From Octopus vulgaris (taxonomy: Eukaryota): 64,000 bases of DNA. A program made the position numbers and the translations under genes. Below, piece after piece: positions 14,291 to 29,158 of this stretch. The stretch is taken from contig OX597830.1 in the NCBI GenBank assembly GCA_951406725.2, positions 77,686,001 to 77,750,000 on the forward strand, read 5' to 3'. The notes under the pieces are model-generated. The model saw only the letters and a program-made list of their open reading frames with translations, ran no database searches and had not been told where the DNA came from. Numbering within the stretch: position 1 is the stretch's first letter; each line of letters starts with the position of its first letter.

Positions 14291-14467
14291 TATATATATA
14301 TGTATATATGTATATATATATATATATGTATCTGGCACTCTCTCCCACCTTTTTGCGTAGGTTGTGACATCTCGATTAAGACACCCATCGAGTTTTAACA
14401 GCTTTACTAGGGTTGGGATCATCAAAGCAACGGGAAACAAAAATCGAACAATGATCTTGTCTGTGCA

Positions 14468-14521
<54 letters not shown>

Positions 14522-14852
14522 TCCTGAGGTATCAATTTTTTGTGTGTATATTTTGTGTCTGTACAAACCCAAACACACACACACCCACAAATGCGCACAC
14601 ACACACACACTCACACACTCACACACTCACTCACACACACAAGCGCGCACTCATAGTATATGGATATATATATATATTTGTCTAGTTATGTCCCCATGTA
14701 TATATTCGTCTTTCTAATTTAGAATTAATTTTGACTAGCCACCTGTTTGGTAACAAGGTTGTAAAGGAAAGCAACCCTTGCAGATTTTATGGTACCAGAT
14801 TTGTATGTATGTATGTATGTATGTATGTATGTATGTATATATGTATGTATGC

Positions 14853-14883
<31 letters not shown>

Positions 14884-14903
14884 CATATATGTATATATGT
14901 ATG

Positions 14904-14937
<34 letters not shown>

Positions 14938-15003
14938 TGTATGCATGTATGTATGTATGTATGTATGTATGTATGTATGTATGTATGTATGTATGCATAT
15001 ATG

Positions 15004-15036
<33 letters not shown>

Positions 15037-15603
15037 GTCTATGTATGTATGCGTGTTTGTATGTACGAATTGGTACTGAGAACCTCTAGGCTTTGGGTTT
15101 AAAAAAATACAAGAGGATCAGTTAATTATGATTTTATTCAGCATATTCCCCTCTCGGATTCACGTACCTTTTGTAGCGGACTTTCAGCTTTTCTAAGCCA
15201 TGTAAAAGAACTCGAGGGGTTGGACCTTGAAACAGGCCTTTCGCAATAAAAGCCAGGAACTTTTCAACATCACCTCGTGTGTAAATATTTACGCTTATAG
15301 ATATGTGTATCTCAATCCACGGACTAAACCAGCAACCCTACCAAGGCTGCTTGTTAAGGAAGATGGTTTTTGTCGGACACCCTGCAGGACGAAACAAAAC
15401 TTGCCAAAGTCAAAGGTTGGATGAACTCATTGAGAGTCATTGGCCATCCAACAGCTTGGAGTGAGAGACCCCCTAGACATTGTTGCTAGGAAAAGGAACA
15501 CTGATGATACACGTGTAACTTCATTTGCATCCAGTGAGGTTTGTTTAGTTCCTTTTAAGCAAATGCAAGCATTGTTTGAAGCAAAGTATATTCTTATTTT
15601 GAA

Positions 15604-15993
15604 GGCGGCGAGCTGGCAGAAGCGTTAACACGCCGGGCGAAATGCTTAGCGGTATTTCGTCTGCCGTTACGTTCTGAGTTCAAATTCCGCTGAGGTCGAC
15701 TTTGCCTTTCAACCTTTCGGAGTCGATAAATTAACTACCAGTTACGCACTGGGGTCAATGTAATCGACTTCCCCTCTATGTTTAACCCCTTGTGGGTTGT
15801 AAAGAAATAAGTATTTCGTCTGCTGCTACATTCTGAGTTCAAATTCCGCCGAGGTCGACTTTGCCTTTCATCCTTTCGGGGTCGATAAATTAAGTACCAG
15901 TTTCGCACTGGAGTCGATGTAATCGACTTAATCCCTTTGTCTGTCCTTGTTTGTCCCCTCTGTGTTTAGCCACTTGTGGGTAGTAAAGAAATA
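15604..15993 (+). mobile_element. SINE family B, one head with two tandem bodies
   Basis: Body repeated from ~15811. Confidence 0.88.
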
Positions 15994-16295
15994 AGTATTT
16001 TCTCATTTCAAAAGATTCATTTAAAGGTATCCCATGATTTTTATCATTTCTATTACGTGCTGCATATTATAGGAAGCTGTAACAAGAAAAAGTAAAATAC
16101 TCCACGAAAAATTACACGATGGAATGATAGCATGTGTCAGCGTGGATGGCAAGCTTACTGAACACCTGCTGCCATTGTTACAGCTGTGTAAAAGAGCATC
16201 GGTCTCTGCCTGAACTGAAAAACCACATCCGTTCTGCTCATGTTTAAATGAACAGTCAAATGAGGCATTGCTCCGAACCGATTCGCAGCTATCAA

Positions 16296-16296
<1 letters not shown>

Positions 16297-16326
<30 letters not shown>

Positions 16327-16912
16327 TGTATGTATGTATGTATGTATGTATGTATGTATGTTTGTATGTATGTTTGTATGTATGTATGTATGTATGTATG
16401 TATGTTTGTATGTATGTATGTATGTATGTATATGTATGTATGTATGTATGTATGTTTGTATGTATGTATGTATGTATGTTTGTATGTATGTATGTATGCA
16501 TGTATGTATGTATGTATGTATGTATGTATGTATGTATGTATGTATGTATGTATGTATGTATGTATGTATGTATGTTTGTATGTATGTATGTATGTATGTA
16601 TGTATGTATGTATGTATGTTTGTATGTATGTTTGTATGTATGTATGTATGTATGTATGTATGTATGTATGTTTGTATGTATGTATGTATGTATGTATGTA
16701 TGTATGTATGTATGTATGTATGTATGTATGTATGTATGTATGTATGTATGTATGTATGTTTGTATGTATGTATGTATGTATGTATGTATGTTTGTATGTA
16801 TGTATGTATGCATGTATGTATGTATGCATGTATGTATGTATGCATGTATGTATGTATGTATGTATGTATGTATGTATGCATGTATGTATGTATGTATGTA
16901 TGTATGTATGTA
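16297..16912. repeat. (TATG)n microsatellite, ~615 bp
   Basis: Direct reading; occasional TTTG/CATG variant units. Confidence 0.97.
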
Positions 16913-17188
16913 TTCTCGTGTGTTATATATAAGTATTTCTGAGTAAATATATATATATATATCGGCGAGCTGGCAGACACGTAAGCGCGCCGGGCGAAAT
17001 GCCTGTCGTTACGTTCTGATTTCAAATTCCGCCGAGGTCAACTTTGCCTTTCATCCTTTCGGGGTCGATAAATAAAGTACATGTTTCGCACTGGGGTCGA
17101 TATAATCGACTCAGTCCCTTCGTCTGTCCTTGTTTGTCCCCTCTATGTTTAGCCCCTTCTGGGCAGTAAAGAAATATATATATAATTC

Positions 17189-17501
17189 GTGGAGGCGCAA
17201 TGGCCTAGTGGTTAGAGCAGCGGACTAACGGTCGTAGGACCGCGGTTTCAATTCCAAGACCGGGCGTTGTGTGTGTTTATTGAGTGAAAACACCTAAAGC
17301 TCCACGAGGCTCCGGAAGGGGTTGGGTGTCGATCCCTGCTTTACTCTTTCGCCACAACTTTCTCTCACTCTTTCTTCTGTTGGTCTGCTCGCTTAGCCAA
17401 CGGAGTGGCGTCATTTGAAGGCGAAAACAATGCTAAGCGCATTGTGACCATCGATGTGTAGCAACATCTGATAGCCTGGTCGGTCACGGTGATCACGGTG
17501 A
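17189..17501 (+). mobile_element. SINE family C, tail type 2
   Basis: Same head; TSD-like ATATATATAATTC on both sides. Confidence 0.85.
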
Positions 17502-17888
17502 TATATATATATAATTCAAATACGAGGGTAAGTCAAAAATTACCCGCACTTTCGCCATAACATATCTTTATTATTGTCACACAACCTTCCACACATACGT
17601 GCTTATAGTTGGCTATATTGTGGTAACGTGATCGAAGTCTGAGCCTAAACGCGCCATTTTTATTTCTGGTATTACAGTGTAAGATGGTCGCTCCACTAGC
17701 AATCCGACAAGTATGGCTTCAATGGCAAAAACTGCCATTCACGCATGGGACTGTGTCAGCTACAGATGATGCTGTTCCAGTAGGACAGGACAGACAACTA
17801 AGATCTTCGTCTATCATCACTAATGACAGATGGAGACCAATACAAATATAAAAAGTAAAATATATTTATAAAATGTGAAAATAATTAT

Positions 17889-18260
17889 AGGCGCAGGAGT
17901 GGCTGTGTGGTAAGTAGCTTGCTAACCAACCACATGGTTCTGGGTTCAGTCCCACTGCGTGGCATCTTGGGCAAGTGTCTTCTGCTATAGCCCCGAGCCG
18001 ACCAATGCCTTGTGAGGGGATTTGGTAGACGGAAACTGAAAGAAGCCTGTCGTATATATATATGTATGTGTATGTGTGTGTGTTTGTCCCCCTAGCATTG
18101 CTTGACAACCGATGCTGGTGTGTTTACGTCCCCGTCACTTAGCGGTTCGGCAAAAGAGACCGATAGAATAAGTACTGGGCTTACAAAAGAATAAGTCCCG
18201 GGGTCGATTTGATGGCCGCAGTCAAATGACTGAAACAAGTAAAAGAGTAAAAGAGAGTAA
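17889..18260 (+). mobile_element. SINE family A (tRNA-like head, central microsatellite, GTAAAAGA tail), full copy
   Basis: Box A-like TGGCTGTGTGG and box B-like GGTTCAGTCCC; near-identical copies throughout the window. Confidence 0.9.
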
Positions 18261-18294
18261 AATAATTGCTATTCTAATATAAAACGAAAGTTTT

Positions 18295-18790
18295 AGCGGC
18301 TGCAAGATATCTGAGTGTTGACCCTTACTATTCTAGTCAGCATTTTGGTAACGATGTATGGTAACTTTGCGTCCCCAAAGTCCATCCCCTCCTCACTGCG
18401 GTGGGGACGCTGGCAACGGGTAGTGTCAGAGCTATGCCGTCGGGAACTTCGGTTCCTGGTAGGGCCACCCAAGGCGGATTGGTCTGACACCGAGTTGTAT
18501 TAGGGCCACAACCCGGCAGACGGGGCTCTGGTGAAAATCCTCGGAGTGTCTATTTCGGCAACCGGCGGCTCCTCGGTCGTTCTGTCCCTGCGTCTGCGGA
18601 CAATCTGCGGCAAACAGGATGTCTCTACATGCGGGATTGTTGGAGTCTGCTTGTGAAATTCATATTCACACGAAACTTCTTCCACTGCCGTGGTTCGAGA
18701 TGCCTCGAGGGTGGTAGAAGAAGCCGACTCAACCCGCCCAGGGTGAATGACGCCACAAGTACAAGTAAGTCAGATGTATGGGTAGACAAC
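18295..18790 (-). mobile_element. GC-rich decayed retroelement-like fragment
   Basis: Coding-like composition with broken minus-strand ORFs between two SINEs; no diagnostic motif recognised. Confidence 0.3.
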
Positions 18791-18888
18791 CCGCTTCTAC
18801 TTAACCATTATTTCAGCCATTATTTCACTCAAATAATATTAGCCTCCCATCTTGGGAAACTAATATCATTTCAGAATTTTGGGTTCTG

Positions 18889-19305
18889 TTTTACTCTGTT
18901 TTACTTGTTTCAGTCAGTTGACTGCGGCCATGCTGGAGCACCGCCTTTAATCAAGCAACTCGACCACGGGACTTATTCTTTGTAAGCCCAGTACTTATTC
19001 TATCGGTCTCTTTTGCCAAACCGCTAAGTAACGGGGACATAAACACACCAGCATCGGTTGTCAAGCAATGCTAGGGGGACAAACACAGACATACAAACAT
19101 ACACGCACACACATATACACACACATATATATACACATATACGACAGGCTTCTTTCAGTTCCCGTCTACCAAATCCACTCACAAGGCTTTGGTCGGCCCG
19201 AAGCTATAGTAGAAGACACTTGCCCAAGGTGCCACGCAGTGGGACTGAACCCGAAACCATGTGGTTGGTAAGCAAGCTACTTACCACACAGTCACTCCTG
19301 CGCCT
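18889..19305 (-). mobile_element. SINE family A
   Basis: Reverse complement of family A. Confidence 0.9.
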
Positions 19306-19758
19306 ACAGGAGTTGGTTTTTCTTTTCTTTTATAAGGGAAGTGTTGAAGTATTGTTCAACATAATGAAGTTCAATATTGTTTAAATGTGACAGCAATCAA
19401 GGCTGTTTTGAAAATGAACGCATTGTGCAACAATATTTTTGTGGGCGTGTGTGCGAGAACGTATGTGCTGACGTGTCTGAACCGGCACATAAATGCGTCT
19501 ATATATAATTACACATGAGTAAATCTTTGTATATGTACATATGCGTGTATGTGTATGAGTGAGTTCGAGCGTAATTATTAATAATTATATGCGTATAAAA
19601 ATAATACATATTCACACACATACATATATGTAATTAGGCATACACGTATAGATACACATGCACACTAACTCACCCACACATATGTACAATTTTTGATCTA
19701 TCTGTATATGTGTATATATACGCACATATACATAAATGTATATAAAATTATCTTTATC

Positions 19759-19830
<72 letters not shown>

Positions 19831-21308
19831 TATTATTATCATGTGTATACATAAGCTCGCACACTCAGAGACACTCAAAGATATATGTGTGTGTATACAT
19901 AGATACATATGCATGTATGATAGATACATATATATGTATATATATATATATATATATATACACACAGATATACACACAGGCACACACACACATACACACA
20001 TACACACTTGCACACAATTCTTCGGGTACTCCTCTACAGTACTAGATGCTAGATACTAAATCGTATATTAGACCTTCTTAACCAATCTGAGCAGAGTTTA
20101 AACCATACAAATCCACAGTCGCTGATAGCGATCGGTAAACACAACGATTGGCTGATACACTAAGGGTCATTACATGGTTCTTAGAAATGGTAGATTTGGC
20201 TCCAAAATAATGATCGTCTGCATTGTTTAGCAATGATTATATCTGTGGCAGCTTTTGACTCTATTTGTTTACTTATACCGTAGCCGATAACACGTGGAGA
20301 TATAGAGATTATGCGAAAACCTCTTTGCTGTTTTAATCTAACGTGTTTATGGAATGCTTCCAATGGAATTCCGTTCTGCTGTAATGAAGCACTTAGTCGA
20401 AGAAAGTGTATGGCAAAGTGCCACTTAAGCATTGTGATTACCTAAATTACCATTCTATTGAAAATTATAGAAAGATAGGCAATTTTCACCACGCCCAATG
20501 TCAAGCAATCTCGTGTAGAGCGAACGAGGGAGTCTCCATGTGGTCGCGCGGTTCACCAGAAATGGTAGCCATATCTCTTTTAAATCACGCCCTAAAGTTT
20601 TTCACCGGGAAAGTAGAGCCGCATTGGCTAATGTAGTTTTAATTATCTGTGACAAAACTGAACAAGAAAAAAGAAAAAAAGAACTCATTAAATTGTCTAA
20701 GATCTTAAACTATTGTTGACCTATGGTTAAAAAAATGACAGCAAAACATGAAAAAGAGCAACAATAATAACAATAGACACAATGATAACTTCTATGTAAT
20801 TCCAAAATTGGCATTTCGAGAAGGAGTAGGCTAGCTTCAACAGTCATTTAACCTGCTAGAAATGACGACTAAATCTCCCTTGAATCTCACATTACAGTCT
20901 TTAAAAGAAGAGGGGATGACACATCGAGCAATGCAATCATAGATATACTTCGAGACCATTTGCTTATGGTTATAACTTCATTACTAGGTATAAGAAAAGA
21001 TAACATAGCATGGTACCTCATATACGAACCGGATGGTAGAGAGAAAAACTCACACGTAACAACTTTGAAAATAAAAAAACAAATCACAAATAGAGAAAAA
21101 ATAATGATATTTCTTATGAGGAAAACCTCAAAAGATGCATGGTGTGTTGCCGGCGATTGTACGTATCTAAAAGTACTCGACGTCCCACATAAATCTTGTG
21201 GATCAGTAAAGATGAAAGGAAAAGCTAACACTAGCAGGATTTGAATTCAGAACATACAGAGAATACCACAGATCATTTTACTTTATTCTAATGTAGTAAT
21301 TATGTTTC

Positions 21309-21471
<163 letters not shown>

Positions 21472-21531
21472 AGACAGGTGGTGTACAAAACAAACAGATG
21501 TATTAGTATAACGCTCAGGAATTGAAAAAGT

Positions 21532-21567
21532 CTTTTACGTTTCGAGCTTACGCTCTTCTATAGAAAG
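21532..21567 (-). ncRNA. Degenerate minimal hammerhead-like motif related to 9100-9134
   Basis: Minus strand CTTT-CTATAGA-A-GAGC-GTAA-GCTC-GAAA-CG-TA-AAAG; core has two departures from CUGANGA; insert ~21468-21635 is flanked on both sides by (TA)n. Confidence 0.5.
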
Positions 21568-21632
21568 GGACACAGAAAAAAAAAAACAAGGAGAGAAAAA
21601 AATGTGTGTAGTGGCTAACGATCTATCATGGC

Positions 21633-21680
<48 letters not shown>

Positions 21681-22534
21681 TACGTGCCACCTAGGTAGGC
21701 AGTGCCTACCTTGAATAAGATGGATCGATAGCAACATTCTCCTTTTATGGCAAAATATGCACCTAATTCAATAGAATTATGAAGGTTACTCTCATTACTA
21801 TGCATAAAATACTAAATATTTTATTTTTTTTTTAGATTAGGTAGGCACAATTCACCCGTCTTTCAATCTCAGTATTTAAGCTACGCATAGTACTGCTGTA
21901 GTACACGTGCTGTGTACATTCCTACAACAACGGTTTCTTTACGAGCTATAAAGGCAGAAGTCAATCTGTGGTTTGACTCGTGGAGCTTTAACTGTTGTCG
22001 CTCAATAAACACTCACAACGCCCGGTCTGGGAATCGAAACCGCGAACCTACGACCGCGAGTCTGCTGCCCCTAACAACTGGGTCATTGCGCCTCCACGCA
22101 ATCAGATAAAGAATGAAGAATTATATTTTTCCATAATCTCGTTCAGTGTTACGAACATTTGAAACGGCTAAAGGAACTGTTTCCTCGCTAAACAGTGGTT
22201 TGTATGCATAATTAATCAAGTAATTAGTGAAACGTTTTCGCATTTGAAATTTTTGTAACAGTGAATTGACGTATGTAAAAAAGTAATTCTTCATTCTTTG
22301 ACTGATTGCTATTATACTTTGCGAATGATTCACAAACCAATCGATTGACGTATATCTTCAGATTTAGAGGCTTTACGGATTGTCCGCTGTATTTTTAACC
22401 TTTATGGATTCCTACATTCGTGAATTAATGTTCAGTTAACCGTTTTTTTCGTATGGAGTGCTGACTGAGTTTTTCGCCTATATTTCCTCAGTCCCTATTT
22501 TCTTTCCCTAAATATATATATATGCATATGTATG

Positions 22535-22634
<100 letters not shown>

Positions 22635-22744
22635 AAAGAAAATATAAGTACTGGAATTTATTCATTAAAGTAAAAATGCTTCAAGTCGGTCCTTCAGCCG
22701 CTGACCACTGAAGCAAGTAAAAGATAGAAATATTCTTTCGTACT

Positions 22745-23508
22745 CTAGAAACAAGGCCCGAAATTTGTGGGGAGCAAGCCAGTCGAGTAGATCGACTCCA
22801 GTATGTAACATGTACTTAATTTATCGACCCCGAAAGGATGAAAGGGAAAATCGAACTCGGCGGAATTTGAACTCAGAACGTAAAGACAGACGAAATAAGG
22901 CTAAGCATTTCGCACGGTATGCTAACGTTTCTTATTTCTTTATTGCCCACAAGGGGCTAAACACAGAGGGGACAAACAAGGACAGACAAAGGGATTAAGT
23001 TGATAACATCAACCCCAGTGCGTCACTGGTACTTATTTAATCGACACCGAAAGGATGAAAGGCAACGTTGACCTCGGCGGAATTTGAACTCAGAACGCAG
23101 CGGCAGACTAAATACCTATTTCTTTACTGCCCACAAGAAGCTACACACAGAGGGTACAAATAAGGACAGACAAACGGATTAAGTCGATTACATCGACCTC
23201 AGTGCGTCACAGGTACTTAATTTATCGACTCCGAAAGGATGAAAGGCAAAGTCGACCTCAGCGGAATTTGAATTCAGAACGTAGCGGCAGACGAAATACC
23301 TATTTCTTTATTGCCCACAAGGGGCTAAACACAGAGGGTACAAACAAGGACATACAAACGGATTAAGTCGATTACATCAACCCCAGTGCGTCACTGGTAC
23401 TTATTTTATCGACCCCGAAAGGATGAAAGGCAAAGTCGACCTCGGCGGAATTTGAACTCAGAACGCAGCGGCAGACGAAATACCGCAAAGCATTTCGCCC
23501 GGCGTGCC
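22745..23508 (-). mobile_element. SINE family B tandem array
   Basis: 184-bp units starting at 22933, 23117 and 23301, plus a variant copy at 22745-22930. Confidence 0.9.
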
Positions 23509-24124
23509 TTTAAGATATGAGATATTAAAAGATATATATATGCTTAAATACATACATACGCACTCTCTCTTACATACACACACACACACACACGTATATC
23601 TATTATTAATGACAAAACAAGAATAGCCATGTAATAATTTTCATTAACTTGTAGCTGTTTCTTCTATATAAAAAGCATTGCACTCAAAGCTGAACACTCG
23701 TGTGATACCCAATAGCTTCCACGGAGGCATTTACATGAAGTTTATGTTTAACAGTGGGAAGTATTTAGATCTAGTTACACGCAGGAATCATATTTGATAT
23801 TACTTCGAGGGCGAAAACTTCGCCAAGAGGCTAACAAACATCTACTAAACATATATATTTTTGGTATATTTAAGCAAGAATAAACGCACGTATATGTAGA
23901 GAGGAAGAAAAAACAGATGCTTGTCTACAACGCAGCATCGAGTGCGATGCATCTTACGGAGAAAACAGCTGTGAACTAGCGAAAGTGATTAAGCAAATTC
24001 TGCTCGTTTGACATTAATTTATATTTCCCCTCTGTACTTACCTGGTGTTTTACTCTACAGCATTAACTATATAGAGTTGTGCCAAAGCGAATTCGTATTA
24101 CATACACTCATATATATATATATG

Positions 24125-24173
<49 letters not shown>

Positions 24174-24353
24174 CAGCTGCATCGAACTCTCTCAAGCACC
24201 AAATGGCAATTGCTAAAAATCATTCGTGAAGTAAAATCATGTAGCAACACCAAATGGCGGTGCCCCAGCATGGCCACAGCTCGTGAGCTGAAACTAGATA
24301 AAATAAAATTTTAAAATATTTAAAAAATATATATATATACATATATATATATC

Positions 24354-24469
<116 letters not shown>

Positions 24470-24582
24470 ATCGTTAATTTAAATTAAATAACGATCTTAT
24501 CAAGAGGCCAGCATGGAAATAAAAATCTTCAAAGCTGCTATTTTCAGCACATGGCGGTATCTCGTAGAGACCCCAAGTTATA

Positions 24583-24649
<67 letters not shown>

Positions 24650-24925
24650 AAATGGGACAAGAACGCAAATGGTCCAGAAGACGATGCAAAAAACACGGAT
24701 GGGTCATTCGAAGCCTTTAATCTTCAGTCAAGAACCGGATCATCCTCGCAATTTCGGCTGATTAATCTTGAGATTGCTCCAATTTGGCCAGCCCCAAGGA
24801 AAAACTAAGCTAAGAGCATTAGATTCCCGAATACGAAGCATGGAAAAAAAAATTTTGTAGAATTCTTCATAGACCATTTTAAGTTCAACATCAAAATCAG
24901 AATGTATACGCCAAAGCTTCAAGCA

Positions 24926-24986
<61 letters not shown>

Positions 24987-25690
24987 TGACCAAAATTTTC
25001 AAATCGTCGCACTCGCGCAAATTTATCGCATATATATATACATATACCCATACACAGATGTTTACAAATGTGTGGTGGTTGGTTAAAGTCCGAATGGTAT
25101 AATTTCATTTAATCGTGTTTCTCATGGCTGCAACTATAAGATTTGCTTTTTTTTTTTTTTTTTTTTTTTTTTTCCAAATTGTGTCCTCTAAGCCTCGTGT
25201 GTTGCCAGCGAATGGTGGAAAAAAAGTCTGTTAATGAGAGAGAGAGGAGGAAGCGGAGGAGGAGGAGGAGGAGGAGGAGGAGGAGGATTGGAATAGCGAT
25301 ATGTATAACAAAGTGGGTAGTGATAATATTGAGAGAAGAATCCAACTGGTTTAGTTGGGAAGCTGGATGATTGGCAGAATGTATAAATGGATGGATGGAT
25401 GGATGGATGGATGGATGCAATGGAAGGAGGTAAGCAAGCTGGAATAGATGATAGAGGGTGGGCATGGACGCGTGGAAGGAAATTTTTCCTCCAGCCCCCC
25501 ACCACCTCACCAACCCGTTCATCATATTCGTGTTCGTTGATGTACAAAAAGCCTATCGCACTAACCCACGTCCAAGCACATTCCCCGACCGTTCATATTC
25601 TCTTATCGAAATTGATCGAACTTCCGTGAAGGCGTGCGTTGCCAGCTGACCCTGCCCTCCCCCCCCCCCCACTGTCCACCCACTCTCCGT

Positions 25691-25725
<35 letters not shown>

Positions 25726-25819
25726 TTCATTCATTTATTAATTTATTTGCCATTATTACCATCGGGGCGCCACCACCAGTGCCTGTGCCGTTACTATTAC
25801 TGCTGCTGCTAATGTTAAG

Positions 25820-25885
<66 letters not shown>

Positions 25886-26058
25886 GCTACTAACTTTGCT
25901 ACTAGTATTGTCAATGTTGTCCGTATAGCTACTATTGAGACCAACATTGACAATTACCTTGATGTATAGAAAATTATTACGAAAAATAATGAAGAGTAGT
26001 AGAGTATAATAGTCATACATACATACATGTGTGTGTATGTGTGAGTGAGTGTGTGTGT

Positions 26059-26111
<53 letters not shown>

Positions 26112-26172
26112 TTTGTTTGTTTCTGTGAGTGAATGTGTGTGTATGAGTGTGTTCATACATATATACATACAT

Positions 26173-26576
26173 ACTCTTTTACTCTTTTACCAGTTTCAGT
26201 CATTTTGACTGCGGCCATGCTGGAGCACTGCCTTTAGTCGAGCAAATCGACCCCAGGACTTATTCTTTGTAAGCCCAGTACTTATTATATCAGTCTCTTT
26301 TGCCGAACTGCTAAGTGACGGGGACGTAAACACACCAGCATCGGTTGTCAAGCAATGCTAGGGGGACAAACACAGACACACACACACACATACATATATA
26401 TATACGTATATACGACAGGCTTCTTTCAGTTTCCGTCTACCAAATCCACTCACAAGGCATTGGTCGGCCCGGGGCTATAGCAGAAGACACTTGCCCAAGA
26501 TGCCACGCAGTGGTACAGAACCCGGAACCATGTGGTTGGTTAGCAAGCTACTTACCACACAGCCACTCCTGCGCCT
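26173..26576 (-). mobile_element. SINE family A
   Basis: Reverse complement of family A. Confidence 0.9.
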
Positions 26577-26944
26577 ATATAAACATATATGTATGAATAT
26601 TTGAAGATTTTCTTTAATCAATATTATTGATGATATATCTATAAAAAATCTTGAATAAAACACAGAGTGACACAAAACTTTTCAAAGAAATGCTTCAACT
26701 GTGCCAAAGATTTAGCTCTTTACAGCTTTTCAGAAACACGTATTATGTATAGAAATTCATTTAGTTGACTATTTCCGGTCTGCTGTCGGAATTAGCATAT
26801 TTAGAAAAAGTATTCCTCTTTCGTCTTTCACTGTTAATCATTTTCTTCATTGTTTATGCTCCTGGACATTAACGGTTCGGCAAAACATGCCGATAAAATA
26901 AATAATAGCCTTTGAAATATTAGTTCAATTTCTTCGAACATTCA

Positions 26945-27022
26945 CAAAGAAGATCGTCTCATTGCAACAGCTCAGCTACTGGGAAAGGTTGAAACAGCTA
27001 AGACTCTACTCCCTAGAGCGAA
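26945..27022 (+). mobile_element. Short CR1/L2-like LINE fragment, same family as 5970-6572
   Basis: Translates LSYWERLKQLRLYSLER. Confidence 0.6.
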
Positions 27023-27536
27023 GTTTCGTAGACTTCTTACAGAATCCTAGCTCGTCGCGCGCAGTAAACCGAATGGAGAGATGCAGGAAGTTCAAAATGT
27101 TAACCTGAAACACGGCCGCTATCGGTCAAAGCGAGTCACGTGGTCTTGTTAGGAGTGAGATTGACATTCTAGTGACATTAAAAAGCAATAGTTTCCTCGA
27201 CCGCGAGGCTTAGCAGGAACGAAACTTGTGACGCTTTGCTGTCTGGCCTGTCTTTGAAGTGAGTTGCGGAAGATCAGATACATGCCCGGTAAGAGAGAGT
27301 GAGAGTGAGTATACCAAATGTATAGGTATGTATGAGAGTGGGAGAGTGTGTATGTACCAGATGTATAGGTATGTATACCAGATTCCTGTCCTGCCACACG
27401 TTCCAAGAAAGTTGAGCTTACTCCTAGCCTTCACCGATAGCAGCCCAGTTTCCGGTTGCCAGGCTAGACTTCCTGCATCTCTACTTTTGGTTAACTTTAC
27501 CCGACTACCTAGGTTTGTGAAAGGAGCCTGCGAAAC
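27023..27536. mobile_element. Element with ~120-bp imperfect terminal inverted repeats
   Basis: GTTTCGTAGAC...AGAGATGCAGGAAGT...GCTATCGGT on the left pairs with ACCGATAGC...ACTTCCTGCATCTCT...GCCTGCGAAAC on the right. Confidence 0.65.
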
Positions 27537-27580
27537 CATAAGTCACATGGAGCCGAAGCAAACTCTGTATGTGTGTCTGC

Positions 27581-27614
<34 letters not shown>

Positions 27615-27654
27615 ACTAATAGATATACATATTCATATATGTGGTATATATGTA

Positions 27655-27723
<69 letters not shown>

Positions 27724-27764
27724 GTGTGTGTATGTATATATATATATATATGTATTTTGTATAT

Positions 27765-27846
<82 letters not shown>

Positions 27847-29062
27847 TGTACGAGCCACCTAGGTGGGCAAGGTAGGCTTACGATCTACCATATATATGGT
27901 AGGAATAAATAACATAAGACTGTTATTTTCGAAATTAAGTTCTATTAAGTTCTTTAGTTTACAGCTGTTTCCATTAAGATATTCGGCAACACCATGTAAA
28001 AAGTTCTGCTAGCTCTGATAAATTCTAATAATATTAATGTAGTATTATTGCTGATTCCCTTCGTGGAAACCACTGCAAACTAATGAATTCAATTACGTAA
28101 GTAGTGTTTTTTCTTATGCATAACTTATGACACCATATTTTGTTGTTCCTCTTTAACGGGATTAATGTGATGACAGCCCCTCACGTTCGGTGTGTGTGTG
28201 CGTGGAGCCAAGTAATTATTAGGATATTAAGACGTAATGAACGTTCATTTGTCTTGCTATCATAAAGATTATATAAGTATGTATGTATCTAACTACATAT
28301 CTATATATATATATATATGCGAGTGTGCATATGTGTGTGCATGTGTGTATGTATGTATGTATGTGTGTGCGTATGCATGTATGTATGTATGTGTGTATGT
28401 ATGTATGCATGCATGCATGTATGCAAGCATGTATGTGCCGCAGAACCTCCCAAAACTATAAACCATTAATTGAGCATTGACCGAGTGTAATACGATTACA
28501 AATGAAGACAATCATGCAACATCAATATATGTAATCATATATGTAAACCATGAACAATTTATCCTTATGAAAAGGAACATTAATAGACAACAAGCATATC
28601 AAGCAGATATTACCATCATCAGCTGCCTAGCGGATATCACTATGGTTTCGACACTTGGTCAATACTATTCAGTCCAACGGAGTCAACAGCTTTAAAACCA
28701 TTAAACGCTGTCCTCGAATTAAAACACAAAAAGCAAAAGTGAAACTTTAGCGTAATATATCCATTAGGTTTTCACCTGCTAACAAATAACAACATTGAAT
28801 AAAAAAAAATCGTGTTGACCTATTACTACAAATGTAGAAATGAACTATATGTGTATGTGTGTGTATTATATGCATATGTGTGTGTGCATGTGCACTTGTG
28901 TGTGCGTGTTTATGTTTGTGGCTGTGCCTGTCTGTGTGTGTGTAAGAAGTCTGCTTGATAAAAACATGGCTTTGGGTTCAGGCTTCTATTATATCGCTGA
29001 CCGAGCAAAACCCCGTGAGAAGATTTAGTAGTTGGAAATTAAAAAATCTCATATATATGTGG

Positions 29063-29107
<45 letters not shown>

Positions 29108-29115
29108 GTGTGTTT

Positions 29116-29158
<43 letters not shown>

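Noticed and set aside
17866-19384. Recurrent ORFs MSSNARGTNT...[19 protein letters not shown]
   Set aside because: Antisense translation of SINE family A; they recur wherever the SINE does.
22933-23484. Regularly spaced repeats that might suggest a CRISPR-like array
   Set aside because: Units are whole 184-bp SINE bodies with no unique spacers, in eukaryotic DNA.
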